41,468 nt of DNA, from the IMG/VR virus record IMGVR_UViG_3300045988_045315. The stretch is one strand, 5' to 3'. Of this stretch, positions 1-7,807 are shown in pieces. Each line of letters starts with the position of its first letter. Position 1 is the stretch's first letter. This stretch comes from a virus. Under the pieces are notes generated by a model. The model was not told the DNA's origin and did not search any database. It saw only the letters and a list, made by a program, of their open reading frames with translations. Made by a program: the position numbers and the translations under genes.

Positions 1-63
1 CAAAACAGCACCGTAGCCGGGTGTCAAAACAGCACCGTAGCCGGGTGTCAAAACAGCACCGTA
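1..63. repeat. 24-bp tandem direct repeat CAAAACAGCACCGTAGCCGGGTGT (1-24, 25-48, partial 49-63); candidate origin iterons
   Basis: Two perfect units plus a 15-nt partial, read directly. The same units recur at 41414-41468 (terminal overlap). They are in frame with the wrapped initiator gene and encode QNSTVAGC repeats. Confidence 0.9.
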
Positions 64-471
64 AATAATAATATAGATAATAATATAGATAATGATAATA
101 TAAAACCCGGAAACGGATTTCCGGGACTTTTCATGGAAAAAGAAAAATCGGAAAATGCGCAAAAATTAAGAGGAACAACAGAACCTCATAAATGTTTGTT
201 TGCAAATAGTAGATTTTCAAAGTTTGAAGATTTTGAAAAATGCTTTGACAAACCGGAATTTGAACAAATAGATATTTTATACTATTATCATTCCGTCGCC
301 GATTGGAGCGCAAGCAAAGGCATAATGCAAAAAGATTGGATTGCACAAACGAGAAATTTTATACGAGGGGACAAAGAAAAAGGAAAATTGCATTTGAAAC
401 CGCAATACCAGCAAGGGAAAAAGGGTGTTGATATAAACGGTGCAATGGAATTTCTTAACAATGATTATTAA
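1..471 (+). CDS. Replication initiator / replisome-organizer-like protein, 3' portion (continues from 41123..41468 across the circular junction)
   Basis: Frame 1 is open from nt 1 to the TAA at 469-471. It is in phase with the ORF running off the window end once the 55-bp overlap is collapsed (combined about 253 aa). The ATG at 133 in the ORF track is internal. Confidence 0.7.
   Translation, partial: QNSTVAGCQNSTVAGCQNSTVNNNIDNNIDNDNIKPGNGFPGLFMEKEKSENAQKLRGTTEPHKCLFANSRFSKFEDFEKCFDKPEFEQIDILYYYHSVADWSASKGIMQKDWIAQTRNFIRGDKEKGKLHLKPQYQQGKKGVDINGAMEFLNNDY
64..105. repeat. AT-rich tract with 12-bp periodicity (ATAATAATATAG at 65-76 and 77-88, degenerate copy 89-100); candidate DNA-unwinding element
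   Basis: Only 3 G and no C in 42 nt. It immediately follows the 24-bp repeats. Confidence 0.8.
106..125. repeat. Inverted repeat CCCGGAAA-cgga-TTTCCGGG
   Basis: Perfect 8-bp arms with a 4-nt spacer, abutting the AT-rich tract. Confidence 0.8.
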
Positions 472-483
472 CCAATTCATGAT

Positions 484-1413
484 ATGAAAAATTTACCAAA
501 AAAAACAGATACGCAGAACGTTGCGTTGGCAATATATAATCCCAAGCCCGGAACAAAAGCTATTGAGATACGCCGACAAATGTTGCAATTGCCCGAGGTT
601 GCCAAATCGTTATCCGGGGTTGAAAAGTTTATTTTCGCCGCCTCAACGAAAATGCAAATTGCCGAGATTGACGATGGCACGTTGGTTGCGAAAACCGGGC
701 AAATGTTCCGGTTCATTGCAATGGACGTTGGATATATAATTCCGAACAATTCAGATGATTGGGCGTACACCTGTACCCGATTATTGGATATACTCAAAAA
801 ATACTATTCACATATGACATTGGCGGATATTAAGTTGGCATTTGAGTTGGCAACGACCGGAGAATTGGACGAATTTTTACCCCGTGACAGTCAAGGGAAC
901 CCGGATAAAAAGCATTACCAGCAATTCAACGCCGATTACTTTGCGAAGATATTGGGAGCATATAGGAAAAAACAGAATGAAGTAATTGGGAAAGCATATA
1001 AAGCGTTGCCGGAACCCGAAAGAGAAATGACGCCGGAGCAAAAGAGATATTACCACAACCGCAGGGAGGCAAGAAACAGAACTGTTTTTTTGCAATACAA
1101 ATACACTGGGAAAATATCGTTTGAATTTGGCGACGAAATGTTTTTGTATGACTGGCTGTTGAAATTTGGATTTGCTGACGAAGTGGAGGCAGACGAGGGC
1201 GACAGAAAACAAGCATTTGCAAAATATATGCACCGTGTGGCAATTGGATTGGTAAACCAATATACGGCGATCAACGTCCGGAAAAAGGGAATTGACAGTC
1301 CGGAAATTGATTTCATGGCGTACGAAGTTGCCCGGGAAAAGGAAATTCTACGAGCGTTTGACCGTATGATTGCAGAGGAAATACAGATTGATAACTATTT
1401 ATTTTTTATTTGA
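484..1413 (+). CDS. Hypothetical protein (309 aa), replication-module neighbour
   Basis: Long ORF packed tightly after the initiator gene. Its stop overlaps the next start. No motif recognised. Confidence 0.8.
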   Translation: MKNLPKKTDTQNVALAIYNPKPGTKAIEIRRQMLQLPEVAKSLSGVEKFIFAASTKMQIAEIDDGTLVAKTGQMFRFIAMDVGYIIPNNSDDWAYTCTRLLDILKKYYSHMTLADIKLAFELATTGELDEFLPRDSQGNPDKKHYQQFNADYFAKILGAYRKKQNEVIGKAYKALPEPEREMTPEQKRYYHNRREARNRTVFLQYKYTGKISFEFGDEMFLYDWLLKFGFADEVEADEGDRKQAFAKYMHRVAIGLVNQYTAINVRKKGIDSPEIDFMAYEVAREKEILRAFDRMIAEEIQIDNYLFFI

Positions 1414-2090
1414 ATATGTTAGTAGAACAATTTAATAAAATAACATTGATAAACGGGGATTGCATGGAGTATATGCAATCCCAAAAGAATAAATATTTTG
1501 ATTTAGCTATTGTTGACCCACCATACGGTATTGATGCGGGTAGTAATAAAAGAGCAGGCACTCAAACGGGTAAAAGTTTAGCTAAAAATAAAATATATCA
1601 TTCCGGGAATTGGGATAAAGATATACCACCTAAAGAATATTTTGAAGAATTGAAAAGAGTTACAAAAAATCAAATTATATGGGGCGGAAATTACTTTTTA
1701 GATTACCTTTCAAATACTCAATGTATGATTGTTTGGGACAAAGATAATGGAACAAATTATTATGCAGATTGTGAAATTGCGTGGACTTCATTTAATAGTG
1801 CAGTAAGAAAATTCCGTTGGCGTTGGCATGGATTTTTGCAGGAAGATAACAAAAATAAACAGCAAAGAATACACCCAACGGAAAAACCAATAGCCTTATA
1901 TGAATGGTTGCTGCAAAACTATGCACAACCGGGGCAAAAAATATTAGATACACACGGCGGAAGCATGAGCCATGCAATAGCGGCACATAGATTGGGTTTT
2001 GATTTGACAATCATAGAGAAAGACCCGGTTTATTATGCGCAAGCAAAGAAAAGATTAATTGAATTTCAAAGGAATTTATTTTTGTTTTAA
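1410..2090 (+). CDS. DNA methyltransferase, N6-adenine or N4-cytosine type (DPPY family, beta-class motif order)
   Basis: LINGDC near the N-terminus, catalytic motif IVDPPYGI, then C-terminal AdoMet region IHPTEKP...ILDTHGGSMSHAIAA. Appears intact. Confidence 0.9.
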   Translation: MNMLVEQFNKITLINGDCMEYMQSQKNKYFDLAIVDPPYGIDAGSNKRAGTQTGKSLAKNKIYHSGNWDKDIPPKEYFEELKRVTKNQIIWGGNYFLDYLSNTQCMIVWDKDNGTNYYADCEIAWTSFNSAVRKFRWRWHGFLQEDNKNKQQRIHPTEKPIALYEWLLQNYAQPGQKILDTHGGSMSHAIAAHRLGFDLTIIEKDPVYYAQAKKRLIEFQRNLFLF

Positions 2091-2091
2091 G

Positions 2092-2449
2092 ATGGAATTG
2101 AAAGTTTTCACGGCATTTAGCGGTTATGATAGTCAATGTATGGCATTAGATAGATTGGGCATTGATTATGAGTTGGTGGGATGGTCAGAAATAGATAAGT
2201 ATGCAATAATGGCGCATAATGCAGTTTTCCCGCAATATAAGAATAGAAACTTTGGCGATATATCAAAAATAGATTGGGGAAATGTACCTAATTTTGATTT
2301 GTTCACGTATTCGTTCCCATGTACCGACATATCAAGTGCGGGACAGCAAAAGGGATTGGAAGAGGGAAGCGGAACAATATAAAATGGCTGGTAATTCTAT
2401 TGTTGTAAGTGTGCTATATTATATATTTAAAAACCTATTTAATTTATAA
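2092..2449 (+). pseudogene. C5-cytosine DNA methyltransferase remnant with internal deletion and frame change
   Basis: Motif I FSGYDS and motif IV SFPCTDISSAG are followed by GSGTI-stop at 2380-2382. The +1 frame then reads QYKMAGNSIVVSVLYYIFKNLFNL-stop (2375-2449), a motif X-like C-terminus. Motifs V-IX and the target-recognition domain are absent. Confidence 0.75.
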
Positions 2450-2452
2450 TTT

Positions 2453-3007
2453 ATGAAGATTGATTGCATTATAGGAATTGACCCTGGCGCAAATGGGGGT
2501 ATTGTCAAATGGCGTCCAAATAAAAAAATAACGGCAATAAAAATGCCAAAGGATATGAATGAATTGTGTGATTATTTGGAATATCTGAAATCCATTTGTT
2601 CGCCGATTGTTTTTTTAGAGAAATTGAGCGTGCGCCCCGATGACATTGTGCCTGGTGCCGATGGTGTCAATATGGGCAAACTCTATCGCATCCAAAAAAT
2701 GCTTGCAAATTATGAACAGTTAAAAGCAACCATTGCGGTTTGCGATGTCCCGTTCGTCATGGTACACCCCATGAAGTGGCAAAACGAGTTGAAGTTGCGA
2801 GCCAAGACGACCCGGAAAAAGGAGGAAAAGAACGAGCGAAAGCGCAGATACAGAGAAATTGCCGGGAATTTATACCCAGAGTTGAAACCGACATTGTGGA
2901 ACGCTGATGCAACGTTGATAATGCACTTTGGAAGATACATTTTGCGCAACAATCCGGATTGGGTGCGAGAAAATTTGCCCGCCAAAATGTATGAACGCCT
3001 TTTTTAG
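2453..3007 (+). CDS. RuvC-like Holliday junction resolvase
   Basis: N-terminal IIGIDPGANGG, then an FLEK acidic residue and NADATLIMH near the C-terminus. This is the layout of RuvC-fold catalytic residues. Confidence 0.7.
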   Translation: MKIDCIIGIDPGANGGIVKWRPNKKITAIKMPKDMNELCDYLEYLKSICSPIVFLEKLSVRPDDIVPGADGVNMGKLYRIQKMLANYEQLKATIAVCDVPFVMVHPMKWQNELKLRAKTTRKKEEKNERKRRYREIAGNLYPELKPTLWNADATLIMHFGRYILRNNPDWVRENLPAKMYERLF

Positions 3008-3042
3008 CCTCGTAGAGCGATTTTATTTTATTAACCAATAAA

Positions 3043-3264
3043 ATGTATATGGAAACAGAAAAAGCCTTGCAAATCGAAAATTCGGATAAAATAACGTTGG
3101 AAGAGTTTGCAGAGTTGGTAAAACAGATGCGGCACAACCAACGCAGATATTTTGCACAGCGCAGACCGGAAATTTTGGAAACGTGTAAACGATTGGAACA
3201 TGAAGTTGATGCGATTGTTGCTAAACTGACAGACAAGCAGCTGTGTTTGTTTGATTTAGTATGA
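3043..3264 (+). CDS. Hypothetical protein (73 aa)
   Basis: ORF only; no motif recognised. Confidence 0.6.
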   Translation: MYMETEKALQIENSDKITLEEFAELVKQMRHNQRRYFAQRRPEILETCKRLEHEVDAIVAKLTDKQLCLFDLV

Positions 3265-3283
3265 TCCCGAGATTTTTTTTGCT

Positions 3284-3332
3284 AAAATAAAAGAAAAAAT
3301 ATTTGGTAATTAAAAAAATATACGTAACTTTG
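3284..3332 (+). promoter_or_regulatory. Early promoter block P1: AAAATAAAAG-N8-TTTGGTAATTAAAAA-N8-TAACTTTG
   Basis: TTTG (3302-3305) lies 19 nt upstream of TAACTTTG (3325-3332), fitting the Bacteroidota -33/-7 consensus. The 15-mer TTTGGTAATTAAAAA is identical at 37093 and 37835. Confidence 0.6.
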
Positions 3333-3391
3333 TGCCGTTGAGATACAACGAACCGACCGAGCGGGTCCTCGGTACAAAAAAGAAAATAAAA

Positions 3392-4265
3392 ATGAAAATA
3401 CTAAGTTTATTTGATGGGATTAGTTGTGGCATGGTGGCGTTACAGCGTGCCGGAATAGAAGTTGAAAGATATGATGCGTATGAGATAGAAAAAAGCGCAA
3501 TTGCAATATCTAAAAAGAATTATCCAAATATCTGTCATTGTGGAAATGTATACCGATGCGGACTTTTCAAAATACAATGATTTTGATTTGCTTATTGGTG
3601 GCAGTCCGTGTACGTATTGGAGTATTGCAAGAAAAGACAGAGAAACGACAAGTTCGGGTATCGGATTCAATTTGTTTATGCAGTTTGTAAAAGCAAAAGA
3701 ACAATCGGGATGCACATATTTTTTGTATGAAAACAACAATTCAATAAGCAAGGAAATTAAAGATGAAATTTCAAAATATTTGGGAGTTCAACCGATAATG
3801 ATAAATTCCGAACTTGTTTCGGCACAGAGTAGAAAACGTTGCTACTGGACTAATATACCAAATGTTACACAGCCAAAAGACAAAGGCATAAAATTAAAAG
3901 ATATTTTAGAGAATGGATGGGTTGACCGGGAAAAATCATTGTGTTTAACAAGAAGATATGCGGGCTTTACGGGTTCACAATCTTATTTGTGTAGGCGGTA
4001 TTTTGGTAAAAGCATGGGACAAGCTAAATTTGTTTCCGAAAAAAAATATATATCAGTAAAAAGTAAATGGAAAGAAAATAAGTATTTTGATTCTGACCAA
4101 ATCGAAATAGATAAACTTTCAATAACAGAAGTTGAACGGCTTCAAACTTTGCCCGATGGATATACTGAATGTGATGGCGTTTCTTATTCTCAAAGGGTAG
4201 AGGCTGTTGGAAACGGATGGACTGTTGACGTGATAGCGCACATATTAAGAGAACTGAAAAAATAA
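3392..4265 (+). pseudogene. C5-cytosine DNA methyltransferase interrupted by a frameshift near 3548-3554
   Basis: Frame A (3392-3580) carries motif I LFDGISCG and ...YPNICHCGNV. Frame B (from about 3546) carries DFDLLIGGSPC (IV), ENN (VI), QSRKR (VIII), RLQTLPDGY and GNGWTVDVI (X). The frames switch inside GTATACC. Confidence 0.75.
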
Positions 4266-4308
4266 TATTAACCGCCGGGGGCAACCTCGGCACAAACCGA
4301 GAGCAAAA

Positions 4309-5667
4309 ATGATAGTTAAGAAATTGGAATTAGTAAACTTTCAAGTAATTAAGGAGTTTAACGCAGATTTTGACGGTAATGTGTATTTCATTACTGGAGA
4401 CAACGAGTTGGGCAAATCGACCGTATTAAAAGCAATAGGGGCTTTATTGACTGGGAACCGTGATGCGGTATTAAGAAACGGCGAAAGCAAAGGTTTTGCA
4501 AAAATGATTGTCGGCGACGATGGCGAGGAATACGAGGTTGAATTGAGGTTTACAAAGGCAAATCCACGTGGCACGTTATCAATAAAATCAAAGGCAACTG
4601 GAATGAAAAGCGATAATGTTTCAATGTTGCAGAAGATTTTTGGTTATACAGATTTTGACGCCGTGGAATTTTCTCGTTGGTCGGAAACAGCCGAGGGACG
4701 CCGCAAACAAATTGAAGTTGTCAAGGCATTGTTGCCGGAAAATGTACGCAAAAGAATCGCCGAAATTGATACAGAGGTTGCTGGGTTGAAAACAGAGCGT
4801 ACAGGCGTCAACCGAGATTTGAAAACTTACAAATCCATATCAGACGCAGCCGGACAGGGATTGACAACAGAGGATTTGCAAACGCATGCCAAACCAAAGG
4901 ACATTACCGAACTAATGCGAGAACAGCAGGAAAACGCCCAATTGATTGAAAAAGCAAAAACCGTACGTTCAGCGTTAGCGCAGAGAACGCAGCAGTTGGA
5001 AGACATTCCGGCACGTATGGAAGCCGCCAAAGATTCATACGAAAAAGCGATTGAGGCGGCAAAAACGGCAATGGCGATGGCGGAACAAACCTACAAAGAA
5101 ACCGTTGCACAGATTGATGCAGAAAAAGCCGATTTTGAGAAACGCAAAGCAAATGCGGAAAATTGGTTGGCGAAGTATGAGGAAAACAACCCGGAAAAGT
5201 TAGATACAGCCGAGCAATTGAAGTTGGCTGAAGAATTTAATAAAAAGGTTGCAAAAGTTGCCTATTATCTGACAACGAAAAAGCAAGCAGACGAAAAGAG
5301 AGCAGAAGCCGAAAAGATGGATTCCGATATTGCCAAATTGTCGGCAGAGCGTGAAAAGCTAATTGCGACGTCAAAATTGCCAATTTCCGGGCTATCATTT
5401 ACGGACGATGGGTTGGTATTGAATGATGTGCCATTTGTTGCTGGAAAGGTTTCAGATTCGCAGATTATGGAAGTTGCCGCAAAACTTATCATTGCCAGCA
5501 ACCCAACCGTCAAAGTGTTCCGCATAGCGAGGGGCGAAAGTTTAGGCGAAAAGAGGTTGCAAGCAATTATTGATATTGCCCAAAAGAACGGTTTTCAAGG
5601 ATTCATTGAAGAAGTGAAGAGAGGGCAAGACGATTTGATTATTGAAGAATATACAGAAAACGAGTAG
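4309..5667 (+). CDS. SMC/RecN/SbcC-like ATPase with central coiled coil
   Basis: N-terminal KLELVNFQ...ITGDNELGKST Walker A. The middle is long, Ala/Glu/Lys-rich and heptad-like. The C-terminal globular part ends ...GFQGFIEEV. Confidence 0.6.
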   Translation: MIVKKLELVNFQVIKEFNADFDGNVYFITGDNELGKSTVLKAIGALLTGNRDAVLRNGESKGFAKMIVGDDGEEYEVELRFTKANPRGTLSIKSKATGMKSDNVSMLQKIFGYTDFDAVEFSRWSETAEGRRKQIEVVKALLPENVRKRIAEIDTEVAGLKTERTGVNRDLKTYKSISDAAGQGLTTEDLQTHAKPKDITELMREQQENAQLIEKAKTVRSALAQRTQQLEDIPARMEAAKDSYEKAIEAAKTAMAMAEQTYKETVAQIDAEKADFEKRKANAENWLAKYEENNPEKLDTAEQLKLAEEFNKKVAKVAYYLTTKKQADEKRAEAEKMDSDIAKLSAEREKLIATSKLPISGLSFTDDGLVLNDVPFVAGKVSDSQIMEVAAKLIIASNPTVKVFRIARGESLGEKRLQAIIDIAQKNGFQGFIEEVKRGQDDLIIEEYTENE

Positions 5668-5732
5668 TTGACCGGGGGGGGGCGGGTTCCCGTTCTCCCT
5701 TAATAGCAAAACAATGCAAAAGTTAATTGACG

Positions 5733-6164
5733 ATGAGAAAGCGAGAAATAACGGCAACGGGCAGAATCAACAACAAAGGCGGTTTGCAAATGTATATGGG
5801 CGAATTGAATCAGTTCTTTTCCATGCACAAAGGGAGCCGCATAATTGCACGTTTTATCGTTGCGTCTCCCGGCTCGTCGGAGGCGTTGAAAGGGTATTAT
5901 TTTAATTGCGTGGTACCAACGTTCCGGTCGGGTATATGGGAAGCTGGGGAGCGTCTGACAGAGGAACAAACAGAACGCCGATTACGTGAGCTGTCCCCGG
6001 TTATGTATGAGCAGACCCCGGATATTAATACGGGAAAATATGAAACTCGTTTGCGGACAATTGCAGAGTTGTGCAATGCGGAATTGATAGAACATATTGA
6101 GCATTTGAAACAGATTGCAGCCGAGGAATACAATACATATATTGATGACCCACGCAGCATTTGA
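5733..6164 (+). CDS. Hypothetical protein (143 aa)
   Basis: First ATG of the ORF; the track start at 5727 is TTG. No motif recognised. Confidence 0.7.
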   Translation: MRKREITATGRINNKGGLQMYMGELNQFFSMHKGSRIIARFIVASPGSSEALKGYYFNCVVPTFRSGIWEAGERLTEEQTERRLRELSPVMYEQTPDINTGKYETRLRTIAELCNAELIEHIEHLKQIAAEEYNTYIDDPRSI

Positions 6165-6200
6165 CAAAAGAAAGCAAAAAATAAAAAATCAGAAAATAAT

Positions 6201-7001
6201 ATGAAAAAAGGAACATTGACAGACAGCAAAGGAAATGAGATGAACGACATTTTGAAAGATGTTTTGACGTTTGATTGCGAAACAACTGGATTGCCAGCCA
6301 GGGGTGCAAAATGGGACGTTGATTTTGCAGAGTTCCCGAACATTGTGCAACTGGCATGGTCGGTAAACGAAAAGGAACGTTCATATATCATACAGCCGGA
6401 GGGGTGGGAAATTCCGGAAGCCTCAATTGAGGTACACGGAATTACAGCAGAGAGAGCAAACGCCGAGGGCGTCCCATTTGCTGACATTATAGACGAATTT
6501 TTGGATGATTGCAAAAATGCTCGTCTATTGGTCGGGCATAATATCTACTTTGACACGTCAATCGTAAAAGCAATGATATTGCGCATTATGGGGCGTGAAT
6601 ATTACGACGCAAAAGCGGATGACGCATTGTTCAAGGGCAAACGAATTGATACGATGATGAAGACAATTAGATTTGTCGGTGCGTTGTATGCAAATGGACG
6701 TCCGGGAAAATTTCCAAAATTGGAGGAGCTTTATAACAAGTGTTTTCCCGGCGAAACATTCCCAGCGCATGATGCTTTGGAGGATGTAAGGGCGTGCAAA
6801 CGATGTATTCCCGTATTGGTTGAAAATGGCATTATTGAAATGAAGCCAAAGGAATATCCGGCGGAGCAATTGAAGTTGGGACAAGAACCTGCAAAAACAA
6901 AGATGGTAAAACGTACTATTGAGTTCCACGACCCAACTCCAGTTGTTGGTGCGGAGCTGGAAAGTGAAGTGAAACAGATGTTGAACGAAACGGAATTTTA
7001 A
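6201..7001 (+). CDS. DnaQ-like (DEDDh) 3'-5' exonuclease
   Basis: Exo I FDCETTG, Exo II VGHNIYFD and Exo III AHDALEDV, in the canonical order. Confidence 0.85.
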   Translation: MKKGTLTDSKGNEMNDILKDVLTFDCETTGLPARGAKWDVDFAEFPNIVQLAWSVNEKERSYIIQPEGWEIPEASIEVHGITAERANAEGVPFADIIDEFLDDCKNARLLVGHNIYFDTSIVKAMILRIMGREYYDAKADDALFKGKRIDTMMKTIRFVGALYANGRPGKFPKLEELYNKCFPGETFPAHDALEDVRACKRCIPVLVENGIIEMKPKEYPAEQLKLGQEPAKTKMVKRTIEFHDPTPVVGAELESEVKQMLNETEF

Positions 7002-7003
7002 GC

Positions 7004-7135
7004 ATGGAAGAAAAGAAATTTTGTATTGATTGCGTTGATTACCCGGTTTGTATGTTGTCCGGGCGATGCGCTGACGATGAACCGTGTGACGATTACAAAG
7101 AAGATACCGACCCGGCGGAACCGGGAAACGATTAA
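7004..7135 (+). CDS. Small Cys-rich acidic ORF (43 aa)
   Basis: ATG lies 3 nt after the preceding stop. Sequence is MEEKKFCIDCVDYPVCMLSGRCADDEPCDDY... It fills an otherwise non-coding gap and is below the ORF-track cutoff. Confidence 0.4.
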   Translation: MEEKKFCIDCVDYPVCMLSGRCADDEPCDDYKEDTDPAEPGND

Positions 7136-7147
7136 ATATTTATTCTT

Positions 7148-7807
7148 ATGAGCGAAAAAAAAACAAATGTCATGCCGATCCCTACGAAAGAAAAGTTTTC
7201 ACTCTCAAAAGTGAAATTGTTGAAAGATGGCGGATTAGATGTTCACTATGAGGTGACGGAAGTTGTCGGAAACGAGAGCTACACAAACAAGTATCACGTA
7301 TTGAGTGCAAAGGACATACACCCGGATTTGCGAAAATTGTTCAAAGACCTTTGCCCAATCATGGGGCGTGTGTTCAATATCACGTCTTTTAAAAGCATGA
7401 TTGCAACCCCGGATTTCAAGGCGACGAAAAAACAAATAGAAATTGCCGATTCTTTTGCAAACGAATGTTTGGGAAACATTGAAGTAAGGGGCGTTTCTTT
7501 GTCCGGGCAAGATGATAATGTAGGCGTCGTTCTCACTGGATTGTTTTCTGTATCAAACAATCAGAAAACCGCAATCAACACCCCACGTATGAAATATGCC
7601 GTTGAAACGTTCGGTTTTGAGGAAGAGTTGGAAAACATTGTGTGCGACATTGAAAACGAGGTTTACGAATTTCTGTTTAATGGGAAGAGGGCGCAAATGG
7701 ATTTGTTCGGGGCTGATGGGGAGCTGAACCCGTTAGTTTACGGAAATGATGCAGACGACGAAAATGATATGTTCCCGGAGATGGGAGACCCAGCAGACGA
7801 TATATAA
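7148..7807 (+). CDS. Hypothetical protein (219 aa) with acidic C-terminal tail
   Basis: ORF in the recombination module. The tail DADDENDMFPEMGDPADDI resembles SSB-type interaction tails. No family recognised. Confidence 0.75.
   Translation: MSEKKTNVMPIPTKEKFSLSKVKLLKDGGLDVHYEVTEVVGNESYTNKYHVLSAKDIHPDLRKLFKDLCPIMGRVFNITSFKSMIATPDFKATKKQIEIADSFANECLGNIEVRGVSLSGQDDNVGVVLTGLFSVSNNQKTAINTPRMKYAVETFGFEEELENIVCDIENEVYEFLFNGKRAQMDLFGADGELNPLVYGNDADDENDMFPEMGDPADDI

Noticed and set aside
1-63. Could the 24-bp direct repeats be a CRISPR mini-array?
   Set aside because: The units are strictly tandem with no spacers, lie in frame inside a coding sequence, and are followed by an AT-rich tract. An iteron or tandem-repeat reading fits better.
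3332-3391. GTG-initiated N-terminal extension of the C5 methyltransferase (ORF track start 3332)
   Set aside because: The GTG overlaps the -7 box of promoter P1. Motif I follows directly after the ATG at 3392, which has the conserved AAGAAAATAAAAATGA leader.
5674-5686. G-quadruplex formed by GGGGGGGGGCGGG
   Set aside because: There are only 12 G with a single non-G, so a three-tetrad G4 with proper loops cannot form. Reported only as a homopolymer and shared motif.
5714-5905. 63-aa ORF overlapping the start of 5733..6164
   Set aside because: It is in an alternative frame to a longer ORF with better coding character. Both cannot be accommodated.
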